Shown: positions 36,500-49,490 of the stretch, piece after piece | How the letters are laid out: every line of letters starts with the position of its first letter | How positions within the stretch are numbered: position 1 is the first letter of the stretch | Source: Podarcis filfolensis | Taxonomy: Eukaryota | NCBI GenBank assembly: GCA_964270895.1 | Contig: OZ185436.1 | DNA length: 64,000 bases | Strand: one strand, 5' to 3' | Notes under the pieces: model-generated | Told to the model about the DNA's origin: nothing | The model's database searches: none | What the model saw: the letters and a program-made list of their open reading frames with translations, nothing else | Translations under genes and position numbers: made by a program

Positions 36500-37243
36500 G
36501 ACACCTGGCTTGAGAGCAGTACATGTGAAAAGGATCTAGGAGTCTTGGTTGACCACAAACTTGACATGAGCCAACAGTGTGACGCGGCAGCTAAAAAAGC
36601 CAATGCAATTCTGGGCTGCATCAATAGGAGTATAGCATCTAGATCAAGGGAAGTAATAGTGCCACTGTATTCTGCTCTGGTCAGACCTCACCTGGAGTAC
36701 TGTGTCCAGTTCTGGGCACCACAGTTCAAGAAGGACACTGACAAACTGGAACGTGTCCAGAGGAGGGCAACCAAAATGGTCAAAGGCCTGGAAACGATGC
36801 CTTATGAGGAACGGCTAAGGGAGCTGGGCATGTTTAGCCTGGAGAAGAGGAGGTTAAGGGGTGATATGATAGCCATGTTCAAATATATAAAAGGATGTCA
36901 CATAGAGGAGGGAGAAAGGTTGTTTTCTGCTGCTCCAGAGAAGCGGACACGGAGCAATGGATCCAAACTACAAGAAAGAAGATTCCACCTAAACATTAGG
37001 AAGAACTTCCTGACAGTAAGAGCTGTTCGACAGTGGAATTTGCTGCCAAGGAGTGTGGTGGAGTCTCCTTCTTTGGAGGTCTTTAAGCAGAGGCTTGACA
37101 ACCATATGTCAGGAGTGCTCTGATGGTGTTTCCTGCTTGGCAGGGGGTTGGACTCGATGGCCCTTGTGGTCTCTTCCAACTCTATGATTCTATGATTCTA
37201 TGATTCTATGATTCTATGATTCTATGATTCTATGATTGTATGA
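36500..37243 (+). mobile_element. 5'-truncated CR1 LINE with intact RT C-terminal frame and (TCTATGAT)n tail
   Basis: Open frame to 37123: [12 protein letters not shown]…[10 protein letters not shown]…[15 protein letters not shown]…[12 protein letters not shown]…[10 protein letters not shown]. Seven perfect octamer units at 37181-37236. Confidence 0.96.
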
Positions 37244-38739
37244 CCATGGCCAGCCTTTCGAGTTCAGCTCCTGTGCAAAAGTAGCCATTTCCCTCTTCAC
37301 AGGTGGAAAAGTTCCAGAGTGTGAGAGCTTCTGTGGCTGTGGAGTTCATGAGGCAGAGGACATGTGGAAGAGATAATAAGAGATTAGCATTGGGATCAGC
37401 GCCGGAGCATGCACCTGCGCTGCCCAGGGTGGGTGTGCTCCCAAGGGGGGTGGGGGGTAGAGGGTGCCCTCCCAGGCATGTGATAGCTGCTCAGGTGCAT
37501 GGAGTGGTGTGCACGCCCTGCAGCCGGGGGTGGAGCGAGCTGTCAAAATGAAGGGGGAAGGGAGCAATGCCATTGGCAAAGCAGCGCAGCTCCCCCCCCT
37601 TCTCCCAATGGTTTGGGGTAGACTTGGGAGTCACAGGCAGGCCGCAGGCCGAATGTCACCCCCTCCTCAAAGACACCCGAGGTGGGTCACGCTCACCCCT
37701 TCCTCCACCCCTGATTGGGATCTATTTCTGCTCCACCCTCTGAGGGAGCTATATTTAGTGAGGGAAAGATTTAGATTCCCCTCTACACTCTCTCTTTCTC
37801 CACACACACACACACACACACTGGAAAAGGAAGATAAGCAGGAGCAGTAAGAATTTACATGTGTTTAGCACATACATTCACCCACAAAATCTAAGGGAAG
37901 CCGTGTCACCCTAGGTGCTGATGTGTTGGTGTGAGGAGGATGCTACTTCTACTCTTGGGACAAAATTCATCCCTCACGGAGCAGCATCTCACTCTGGTAT
38001 AGGCTCCCCATTAACTGCTCAAGGCTCTATTAGGATATTGTGAATTGGGGCACACAGGAAAGACTATATTTGACACAACTCATCTCAAGCCTTTCATGTT
38101 CCTTACTAAATGGGGGAGATGGGAGAGCAAGTGGGCTGGCCCATTGTGCATAATTTGTTAGCTTTGTCATAAGGCTGCAGAACAATAATATTTGTTCAGG
38201 GAGTTCAAGCCATTGTTAAAATGACAGGAATCATTCATTACCTGTAGTGAATTATCCTACTATTTTCTCTCAGAATAATCCATGATACACACACATGTAT
38301 TTTTCATATATTCTTAAAATGAAAATAAGCTTTGGGAGAGAGTTATATAGAGCAGAGAAGCAAGTGGGAGTACAGCTCTTTCTTTGCCTCTCCTTATGGG
38401 ATCTCAAAAGTGTGGTTTCTTTGATTCAGGAATATACTTTTGGAACACAACAGAAGCCATTTGGAGGCACCCTCAGTCTACATTCTGACTGAGGCAATTG
38501 TGTTTCTTCTATGCATATCCAAACCAAACTGGGTTGCCATGGTTGGAAATTGTGTACCATATAACTCTGGTAAAACTATTTCAGTCTCTTGCAAGAAAAT
38601 TAATATTCTGGGATCCACCCAATAATTGGCTTCTCTCACTCCAGGTACTCACACCACACTTCTGCGGATACTCTCAGGCTCTGGGGTATAATATCCTTAG
38701 GGCCGGCCCTATTATTAGGTAGAGAGAAGCAGATGTTGC

Positions 38740-39560
38740 AGTAATTTCTCTCTTACTGAGTTCAACAATTTTGATACCTTTTGATTTAATTAAGAGGTTC
38801 ATTTGGCTCAGCGGTGGGTTCCTTAAAAGGGCCTGACAGTTGTTTACAGTAAGGACCTTCTGAGTTAGCTCCTCTACTTGGAGTGAGACCGGGAAATGGT
38901 CGCTCTCAAATCTTGGTATGACCTCTAGGTTCTTTGCAGGTGGGAGAAGGTTCTCAGAGACAATAATATAGTCGATGGTGCTCATTCTAATTCCAGACTG
39001 GTAGGTGAACTCAGCTGGGTGGTCCTTCCTAAGGCACCATTTAGAATGTGAAGACTCAGTTTGAAGGTCATTTGTGCTAGGCAGAGACCTGCAAAGTTTG
39101 CCATTTGATCTTTTGAGTCTCGCATTGTGAGAGGGCCTTCCGCCTCCTCCAAATTTGGGGGGGGGGTGTAGCCTAACCATGTATATAGGGTGTATATAGG
39201 GTCTGGTTGTTTGGGCTTAGTCTGGCATTTAGGTCACCTCCCAGAACCACCATTGAGTTTGGGTTTTGCAGTATAAGGTCTGTACCCTTCCAATTCGCCC
39301 CATCTGGCTTTTATATCAGATTTCTGGAGCACGAGGGGCATGTAGGCGTTAATAAGTAGTAGAGCCTTCTCGTTAAAATGTAGCAGTGTGGCAATGGCAT
39401 GTGGCTTGAGTGTGGGTAGGGGCCTTGGTGTGGAGTTGTTTTAGACATCTCTCCAGTGGAATAGGTTGGGATTGTGGTGAATAGGTAAGATACACTAGCA
39501 AAAATAGTCCCAAATTGCTGTACCCAATCCGGATAGTATCCTCAGATCTCTAGGAAAGCG
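38740..39560 (-). mobile_element. Non-LTR retrotransposon APE-type endonuclease fragment (RTE-X-like), frameshifted
   Basis: Motifs across frames: LLINAYMP, VLGGDLNAR, SKDQ..N..G…LHILNG, FTYQSG…STIDYIIVS, SDHFPV. Clade assignment tentative. Confidence 0.8.
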
Positions 39561-41654
39561 TATTTTGAGGGATTTGGGGGAGGTGACGCGGGGTGGCATG
39601 GAAAACACCTAGGTGCTTCCAGCCTTTTAATACTTCCAAACAAGAACCTGCAATTTTATAGTGCCAACTTGTTCTGCCTAGGATGATTTATTGATGCAAT
39701 AGGCTTTGGTGTATTTCACTTGAGAATATATTAGCCAACAGTGTGAGGTGTCAGCTTTCCTTAAAACAGAGCAGTAAACCTTTCTCTGCTCCAGGTGACA
39801 CACAAACTCATTGCTTTGCAGTAAACAGAGCTCAAAAGGAATAATAATAACAATAACAGCCTGATTAAAATTACTCTACCCCACCCTCAAGCAGGAAAGA
39901 TACGTGTGACCATAGCACCCTTGAAACAGCATTTCAGTATTGTGTTGTGTTTGTTGCCAGCCTTCATCAGTACATTTTTTTCCTTCTTAAAAAATCAAAT
40001 CAAAGGAGGAGTCCACAGTGCACATCTCATAGTACGGGTGTTGGGATGCTGACACTTTAGTGAACCCAACATGCAGTCAGAACCTGGATTTCTGAGCAGG
40101 CATCTGCAAGCAAAATTTGATCATCAGTCTCCAGAGTGATAGGAGCTACAGTAAAGCTAGGCATTATGAGGGGGCACTGCTGCCACCAACCCACATCTCC
40201 CCCTATGTTTCTCCCAGTAAATATCTAATAAAAGAAACATGTGTCTTGATGCCATCATACTCAAGAGTTTTTCTACTTCCAGCAGAGAGCAACCAATTAA
40301 TTGGAATGGGGAAAGAGAAACCCTGAACACTAAGATGGCACCGGGGGATACTTTTTAATATCAGTTTGTTCCTGTGCCCATTTTCTACGTTTCAGTCCAC
40401 TATTCATGCTTCTCTCCCACATACTATTGATTCCTTCCTCCCTGGGTAGCCTGCGAAGTAAGCCAGAACAGCAGGCTCTGCCTGTCTTAAACAACAATCT
40501 CAGAAAGCCTTGTGGTTGATGCATAGGCCCAGAAAGATTCTAGCAATGTCGTTTCCTCTGCCCTTCAAATGACTGTCCAGCATGTCTGCTTGCCCTGAAA
40601 ACTCACTCTGAATTAAGAAGCAGGAAGTGTTTTGAGGAGGATTGTGATACTGTGTGCCATTGCAACAAACTCAGTCTTGTACACTGACTTGTGCCTTCCT
40701 ACTTGGCCTGATATCATATACCTGTGCATCACATAGTCTTTTTTCATGACTGATAGGTGCCCATTTTAAAGGCTGAGCTGGGAGAATTGGGAGAGAGTAA
40801 ATTACATAAGCCTTTCTTGACTTTGTCCTAATGCTTCTAAAATATTTCCAGATCAATTTCCCATCTCTTCAATGCTGACTCTTGGTTGATCACCTTGTTT
40901 TGGTGTCACAACTCCTTCAGCCCAATTCTGAGATCCTTAAATCTCTGGTGGGGCTCCAACAATGCAAGCACTCGGGTCTCTATAGAGACCTTCAGTGTAA
41001 ATCTCAGAATGTGGAAAGTAAATGTTACTTTTGAAGCTGGAGAAAAAGCAACATTGAACTGACCTTCCATGCAAGTAGCTCTTTAGTCTCCAGGTCTGAA
41101 AGCTTTTGGTGAATTGGGGGTATCATTGGTGGTAGGGGGTCTGTGCCATTAATTGCTCTAAACACCATTCTGGCCAAGCACTTAAGGTACAGAATGGAGT
41201 GTTGGATAACTAAATTTTATTGTATTTTGCATTCAAAGTGCTGAAAAGCATTTTTCTTCACCCCCAACCAACATGCATAAGGGGAACCAAGAGTGGTTTC
41301 AGTGTAGACTGGTGTTGATTCTCTAGTATTTACTTTCACTAACATGTAGGACTTGATACAGAAGCTCAGCCCCACTGAGGACAACATTTAGATGAGATAG
41401 CATTACCCACCTTTGTTCACATCTGTGCCCCCGTGGCAATTAAATGAGATGCTGTCCAGCTTAAGATCAGAAGTGACACTTGTGTGAGGAGCACTGAATA
41501 TTCTCCTGCCTTCCTTCCCTATCTCCCCACGCACTTTTATGACGATCAGAGTCAGCCTTGGGGGAAAGAACCCTAGAAGAGCTAAATCGATTCTCACAGT
41601 GACCCATCAGATACCAAAAGAAGGTTGGGTGACAGCCAGAATGTGTGGTAGTAA

Positions 41655-41830
41655 GACTGCACTATACACATAAAGTCTTATCAAACCAATTTATAGAGTC
41701 ATGGCTTCCCCCAAAGCATCCTGTGATCAGTAGTTTGTTAAGGGTCCTGAGAGTTGTTGGGAGACTGTTATTCCTCTCTTACAATTTCTAGAATTCCCTG
41801 CAAAAATGGGTTGGTTGTTAAGCCACAATA
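41655..41830. mobile_element. Degraded Harbinger-like MITE copy
   Basis: 'agagtcatggcttcccccaaagcatcctg…gtagtttgttaagggt…gagagttg' matches the interior of the 9272 element. Confidence 0.55.
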
Positions 41831-43366
41831 ATAAATAAGATGCTTGACCTCAAAAGATGCATATTCTTCTAGATTCTTCATTCTTTTGCACAGAAAGGTA
41901 GCTTGTTTCAAGAGATCAGGAGCACAGAGCAGACCAGAATATATTTGCCTGCTTTAAACCAGGTTATTGGGACACTGACATAACTGTTGTTGTTTTTTTT
42001 AATCCTATTTAAATGAAAACAATTTGATTTCCATTTTACAACTCTGATTTTATGTATGTATATACACATACACACACATATCCATTTTTATTCACCCTCA
42101 AGCTTGAGTAAAGTCAATGTGAGGAACCACTTTGCATTACTGGGCTTTTGATTGTCCTCAAATTCCAGTGTAGCAAAATGGATTTGCTGTCACAAGTGGG
42201 TAGGATAATTAGAGAGTGCCCGCTCACACGCAGCAATCTTAGTAATTTATTGGCAGCTCGTGACTCTGGTTGTGATGGACAGGTGCTTATTTTCTTATTT
42301 TACAGTGTGAGCAGAGAGAATTGGGAACTGCCTGAGACAATAACTCATCCCTTCCAGCCCATTAGTGAAACACTTAGCGATGGGAGAATGCCCAGGAAGA
42401 CAATTTAGATGCCAGTCTGAATTCCAAATGTCCCTTCTGCAACCAAGGTCTTTTATGATCAGAGCTATGGCTGTGGGCTGAAAAAGATGTACAGTGAGAG
42501 TGTATGGCCACAGTGACCAAACCACGACCACAGTTTGGGTGACAAATGCTCAGAGCTGCCATGAGCCAAGTATGCAAACTGTCAAGCAACAAAAGCAAAG
42601 GAGCATCTTATAAGGCTGCAGGCAGTACATAATCACCTCCTCCCACGTACAGATTGCCTGTTCCCTCGGCAAATATCTGCATCACTTATTCTGTGGTTTC
42701 AAATACAAGAGGAGAATTATATCTTCAAAATGTGCTTTTGTTCAGAGTGGAATTCTCGGACTGATAAACAGGTTCTTGGCTCATGCTGCTGCTGGATACA
42801 CCAAGTTGAGAAAGAGATTGTGAGTGCCTTCACTAAACTGGCACCCTTGAGATGTTTAGGACTACAGTTCTTACCAGCTCCAACCAGCTGATAAGTTGAT
42901 GGGAACTGAAGTCCAAATATATTGAGGTTTACCTGGTTGGCAAAGGCTGGGATAAAATAATGGGCAGCTAGGTAGAAAGGATACCCCTTTTGCACTGTGG
43001 TTGCCCAACAACTTCTATGTCAAGGAGAATAAGTAAATTGTCATGCTAGGTGGTGGAAATGCTCTAAAACAGTGCAATGCCCTGTTTGCCCCTATTTCTC
43101 AGAAATAGAACAGGCCAGTTGGGGCGATAATCTCTGCATCACCTGAAATGGCATTGCACCAAGTCCTTCATAGCATATGTCAGGACATGAAGAGGGTTCA
43201 TAAGTAAACACCAACAGGTCTCACTAGAAAACTGTAAGTCTTTCAGTTTTATTTGACTCAGAACAACCCACAGGACAGTATACGAGGGGCTCCCATCTTT
43301 ATTGGCATTCCACCTGCTTTTCTTCACATGGCCCTTCTCTTTGATCTCCCAACCCAAGTCTCCTTA

Positions 43367-43586
43367 CAGTGGTACCTCGGGTTACATACACTTCAGGTTA
43401 CAGACTCCGCTAACCCAGTACCTCGGGTTAAGAACTTTGCTTCAGGATGAGAACAGAAATCGTGCTCCGGCAGCACGGTGGCAGCGGGAGGCCCCATTAG
43501 CTAAAGTGGTGCTTCAGGTTAAGAACAGTTTCAGGTTAAGTATGAACCTCCGGAACGAATTAAGTACTTAACCCGAGGTACCACTG
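43367..43586 (+). mobile_element. Tc1/mariner (Tigger-like) MITE, copy 2
   Basis: TIR CAGTGGTACCTCGGGTTA / TAACCCGAGGTACCACTG, TA duplication. Internal variant carries a second 'cagtacctcgggttaagaac'. Confidence 0.92.
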
Positions 43587-46500
43587 TACTGCGTTGTTTT
43601 AGTGGAGATGTTTTATGGATGGGCTGTATTTTAATGTTTCTATGTTTCTGGTTTCTACGTTTCTATGAACTGCTTAGAAGCTATATATAAGTTTTTATTT
43701 ATTTATCATAAATATATATATTGGGAGAAACTTTGGACTATCCTCTCTCCACACAAAGGAAAACCTTAGGTAAATTATCCCACAGGGGTAATTTATGGTA
43801 ATTTAAGGGTGTGATTTATGCTCATCTGAAAACAATTTAATCGGGGTTTAGAAGTCATGCAAACATATTTGTGTGGTTGTGTGCAGTTAAACATGGCCGT
43901 CAGCCCCAGATGACACCATGAGATTTGCCCAATCCCCCTCTTTGCAAAAAACTCCTGAGGCCAGCCTTGGCAGCCTGAGGCAGTTTCTCTTGCTCAGAGC
44001 ATATCTTATCAAAGGGACTCAGGGGGCTGTCATCTACTGCACTGTCAAAGCCACAATTCCACATCCTGTTGCTGGAAAGAAATTGACAGAAGCTGATTCT
44101 AGAATATTCTATGTTCTGAGCTGACAGCTGTCACTCTCCAACACTAACTGCTCTCTTGTGTTAACATTTTCTGAGATGTTCTTGCTTCAGGCAGCAATCT
44201 ATTTTACCAAATCTGTCAGTTCCTTGCAATATATGATTTACAGGGAGTGTGGGACGTGGAATTACAAAAGTCAATCAATCAAAAGGCTTTGGAAGAAAAT
44301 GGATTCCCCCTTCATTCTACTGTGAAACAAATATTTTCAAAACACAAAATTCAACAAAGTGAATTTTAATGATGATTAGCTATACCTAAAGTGAGCTAAC
44401 CTTTGTCCAATAATAAGAGCAAAGAGAGGTTGCTTATGATCTACAAATTATTCAAGGGCACCCTAAACATTACTAGGCAGGGCAGTATTCAAAAAGGCAC
44501 TTTCCAGATCACAGTGTTTCTTTCAGTAAGGAGAGGCTGAGATGAAGTTTGCAGAAAATGTGGAGGCAGTTGGAAGTGGTTATCTTTTGAGAGAGTGGCT
44601 GCTGGGCTTTGAGGTCAGGAGAGCAGATAAACAAGAAATTATCCTCTTATAAATGCAGTTCTAAGAGTCCACACCCCCATTGTTTTGGCTGGGTTTTGTT
44701 TTAACACTGAAAGCTCTCAAAGCCCACTTGAGGTGAGACTAGTCCTTGGTAGTGGCACAGCTTCAGATGTGATAAGCTTCAAAACCAACAATCCTGCTAT
44801 AGGCATGTGTTGCCTCCTAAATTCTAATATTAAGGGATCAGCTTTGTTTCAAGAGAGCCTAATCCAAATTTCTACCCTAGGGTAGCATTTTCCTTCTCTG
44901 AGCTCTGCCAGGCAACTACTGACTGGAATAACAGACTCCTGGAGGTGAGGGGCTCCGAAAGGGTCTATTTCAAAATGCTCCTAGCAACTGAAGCATAGGT
45001 GCCCCTTCATCCCTCTTCTTCATATTTCACCCTGATGCTATGACTCTGAACATATCTTGGGAATATCCAGAGCAACAGGGGGAGCATTTTTAAATTGTAA
45101 CCAGCACTAGGACCAGCTGGTGAAGGGCAGGGAATAAATTTAATCACCATCATTGCCATTTTCCAACAGAATTAGTTTTCTTTTACATAATTCCTAGTAT
45201 CTAGCTGTCTGCTGTCCATTTCCTTCACATAGGCAGAATGTATAAATCAACATGGGCATGTGCTACCCTAAACACAAATGTCACTAATGCTGAAAAGTGG
45301 TTCTGAAATGGCAATCCATCACCAGAAGGAGGACAAGAGAGGATGTACATTTGCATTTTTTTTAAAAAAAAATGCATGCTAATTTATATAATAGATGCAC
45401 TTAGGGCCAGATGCAGCTAATAAGTGTCACTACCAGAAACAACACAAGAACTCCCACTAGCACAATGTGGCTTCCCCTCTCTCCTCCCCCTGCCCCCACT
45501 ACTGGGTCAGGGGGTGCCAGGGGAACCCCTAGGACAGCACAAGGGGAGGAAAGGGGCGTTTGTTCTATCTGGCAAGCTGAAATCCTTGCACCGAGGGGTT
45601 GATCTTCTTATCACTGCATGGAATTCCTCCCCTAGAACTAAGAGAAGCAGATTACCAATTAAACTGCATTTGCTTAGTTCATGAGTGGCTTACGTGATGG
45701 GGAAGAGCTGCAGCCATCACCTCTCCACAGCAGCATCACTGATGCTTTCCAGGAAGTGGTGGTGGTGGTGGTGGTGAGGTCAGGGCTGCATGGATGCACC
45801 TGCCAGGCCAATCTGGTACTCCTACTGGGGCATCTGACCTCACTGCTGCCCTGCCCCTCCCGCTGCAGGCTGCTTCTTTCTCAGCCTGCTCTCTGGGTGC
45901 TAACCATTGCTGAGCAGCCTTAAGGTCCCTGTTCTTGCTTCTCAGGGTTCTTTCTATTTAGACTGAACATGGACCAGAGAACCCTTCAGACAGAAGAGTG
46001 TAAAGGAGGACACATGACCACCTTTGGTGCTAGTGAATAGTATGTGAATAAATGCTACCTTCCTTATCTAAATTTTGCTATCCCAGAGACTGTGACGTCC
46101 TGGGAGTTCAGTGCCTAATCCATATTATTCATAACACACCGACAGCTGACCTCTGCCAGCTTATTAGGGTTTGGGAGGCCCAGTTTATCAAGGCTGTCTT
46201 GCTGCCCTTACTGGACTTGCTGCTGGGTCCTGGAGAGAGCCCCACAAAAGTTGTCCCATGAGCTCCAGTCTGTCACACTGCAAAGTGGTGTTGCAACTTG
46301 TACTGACTCATAGGGAAACAGAGCATCCACTCGCCCTATAAAGGAAAGGGTATGCCAAGGGCTTGTCTGTCTGCTTTTGCAGCAAGGTTTAACTCTGGCT
46401 AGCTCCCATGGCTTTTGGTGGGCTGGTTTGAAGAGCTGAGCTGCCATAAAGCACCGTCATCGTTTTTGACGATGTCCTGATTATTGGTTCAGCTGCTTTG

Positions 46501-47892
46501 AGGGCATTTAGGGCAGAAATGTGGCTTATAAATCTGTCTAAGAACGAACAATATAAGTAAGGAAATAGATAAGGTTGGGCCTTCTGGTTTTGGTGGCAAG
46601 GGCTTGAGCAAGGTACAGCAGTGTTCCAGCAAATGGGCTTGGTTCAGAGTACGACATGCAGCGTTCCAGCCATCTACCCCATAATTAAAGGTCGTGTGCT
46701 CTTTGGTTAGCTTTGCCACTGTGGAGGCATCAGGACAGGGTGTGCGGTCTCAAGGCCAGAAGAGGAGATGAAGGGTGGCAGCCAATGCACCTTTTGTGAA
46801 GTACACAAAGCGCGTCCAATGATATCCTTACCATTCTGGGGGTTAAATTCATGATGCCAGAGATTGCGTACATCTCCAAAGCCGTGCATCTGAGCCGACT
46901 TCTCCCTGAGCTGCCCGGCTATGATTAGATTGAGACGCTGGAATTGTATTGATTTCAGCTGTTAGCAAAGTTGTTGTCATTAAGTTAAAAGACGCTTGAG
47001 CGATCGCAGGGAGCAGAGGTGCCGGCTGCCTCCCAGCATAGTTCAAATGACTGAATTTTAGAGAAGGGCATTAGCTGCTCCCTACAAAGCAGCTGCATTA
47101 GACCCAGACATGCTTGGCGGGCTTTATCAATGTTTAATGCAGTGAAACAGGGGCTGTTGCTTCTCCCCTCTTCAAAGCCAGAAGCTTGCTCACCGAGTGG
47201 AGACTAATGAACGGAGTTCTCACTTTGCCCGAGATGACCTTGAAAGAACGGAGAGGAAAGCAGTGAAAGCTAAGGGTCAAAGGCCATCGGTGAACATGCT
47301 GCTATATGTGTGCTAATGCTCGTTAATGGACATTGCCTTTCCCAACCCTGCAGGATCCTGGCTAAGCATTGTATTCATAGCAAGGAAAGCTGAGACAAAA
47401 ATGAAGGTCGTTATCTCTCTAGGTCATATGCCTTGGAGCTGAGCGTGTAGCCTAATGATATTAACATTAAGCATTGCTAGCATATACAACTTTATACATG
47501 TTCCAGTGGCTTTCTGTGCATAATCTGCATAATCCTGTCAACTAGGTCAACATTATCATCTTTATATTGCAGGCATTCTCAACCAAAACGTCACAAAATA
47601 GGGTTGCATCCAACACTGCTCTTTCACCAGCACAGTGAACTTCTGCTCATGTACAATGGACCCTTCCCTCTCTGCTCCCTTGCAGAACCCGCTTCCTCAG
47701 ACATCCTCAGAATCTGCTCCAGAGGACCCTCTAAAACAGAGTAAATTCCAGTGGAATTCTGTGTGCACTACACTGGATAAAACTCACAGTCAGCAAGCTT
47801 TTGAGTTACCCAGAATTCTCCATCAGGTTAGGTGTTAAGCATACTAAGGAAGGAGAGGAAAAGCTGTCAATGTTGTAGCCACGAAGTCTGTA

Positions 47893-48134
47893 CAGTGGTA
47901 CCTCGGGTTAAGCACTTAATTCGTTCCGGAGGTCTGTTCTTAACCTGAAACTGTTCTTAACCTGAAGCACCACTTTAGCTAATGGGGCCTCCTGCGGCGG
48001 CTGCGCCGCCGGAGCCTGATTTCTGTTCTTAGCCTGAAGCAAAGTTCTTAACCTGAAGCACTATTTCTGGGTTAGCGGAGTCTGTAACCTGAAGTGTATG
48101 TAACCTGAAGCATATGTAACCCGAGGTACCACTA
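47893..48134 (-). mobile_element. Tc1/mariner (Tigger-like) MITE, copy 3, opposite orientation
   Basis: Same TIRs and TA flanks; interior is the reverse complement of copies 1 and 2. Confidence 0.92.
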
Positions 48135-49033
48135 TATTTGGTTGCAGACTTTCAACAGAGAATAGAGGGGGATAGCAAACTCAATAGGCTCATCTAGATG
48201 CTGCAATGCAGGTTTTTGGTTGCACCTAGGACTGATCCACCCCGTTTTGAAAATATAAGAAAGTGTTTCTGTACTGACAGGTGCCCATGGTAAGCAATGA
48301 GCACTTAGGAAAAATCTTTGCAGAAGAGATCAGATCAAAGCATAAGACTTTTCTTCTTCAGCACATGCCAATAATGCTTTTTGGGTCTGGGACAAATCAC
48401 TTGTGAATTTTGAGAGTGCAGGATAGATAGTAAAAGATAACCATTTTTTGAAAATTAAATGTACATTTTTATCAGTGGAGCTGAACCATTCTAAAGCCAC
48501 TTTAGATATCACTTGAGTCTAAGGACACATGATGCTTAAATTGGTTTAAGCTCAAATTGGTCTGTAATGTGAATGTGAAACCTACATTGACAAGAACATA
48601 CATTTGATTTCTCTTCCACCTGCTACCCTGCATTAACAAGGTTCACACAATTGGAAAAAACAGAAGTGACTCACATGCAGTTTTTCCTATTGCCTATGAA
48701 AATTGTTTTTACATGGAAGCTTGAAGCCACCAGGCACCAAAATACAGAGGCAGGATAGGGGCCGCCATTGCAGAGCAGGTGAACCCTAGAGAACTCAGGG
48801 AGATATATACACATATATAATTTACAAAAGACTTGACATATAATAACTAACAACAACAAAGGGTTCAATACAACTATATCTTACTCTCTTTTTTTGCTTG
48901 CATTTACCTTTATTTGCATTATACTGTGCTACAAATTGCTATGACACCTTGCTGATCTTTTTAAGTTTGTTCTAAGTCATTGTTTTTATTGTTAAAGAAA
49001 ATAATCATGCATGCATACATCCCTATATCCTAC

Positions 49034-49078
<45 letters not shown>
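49034..49078. repeat. (AGT)15 microsatellite
   Basis: Direct reading. Confidence 0.95.
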
Positions 49079-49097
49079 TCTTGCTCTTGTTCTTGTT

Positions 49098-49490
49098 GTT
49101 TATTAGATTTTATACCACCCTTCATCTGCAGATCTCAGAGCAGTTCACAATATAAAATACAGAATAAAATCACAAAGAATATAATAAAACCAAGAACAAG
49201 AAAAAACACACCAAACCTCCTACAAACACATTTAAAAGGACATAGACCATTAATCAGCCAAAGACCTGGGTGAAGAGGAATGCTTTCACCTAAAGATGTA
49301 TAATGAGGGTGCCAGGTAAACCTCCCTAGGGAGAGCATTCTAGAAATAGGGGGCCACTGCAGAAAAGGTCCATTCTTGTGTTGCCAGCCTCCAGAGTTCT
49401 CATGGAAGAGACACATGAAGAAGGGCCGCAGATGATAATCGCAGAGTCTGGGCTGGTTCATATGGGGAGAGGCAGTCCTTGAGCTATTGC
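49098..49490 (-). mobile_element. L2-type LINE 3' fragment
   Basis: 'ttttataccaccctt…cagagcagttcacaa…cctccctagggagagcattc…gggggccactgcagaaaagg', typical inverted L2 3' region. Confidence 0.7.

Noticed and set aside
41462-41485. Partial resemblance to a miR-383-like mature sequence (agatcagaag…)
   Set aside because: Only about 10 nt match and no surrounding hairpin.
46832-46889. Minus-strand exon candidate with GTAAG donor (MHGFGDVRNLWHHEFNPQN)
   Set aside because: The upstream acceptor region is purine-rich and the peptide is unrecognised; better treated as part of a non-coding block.
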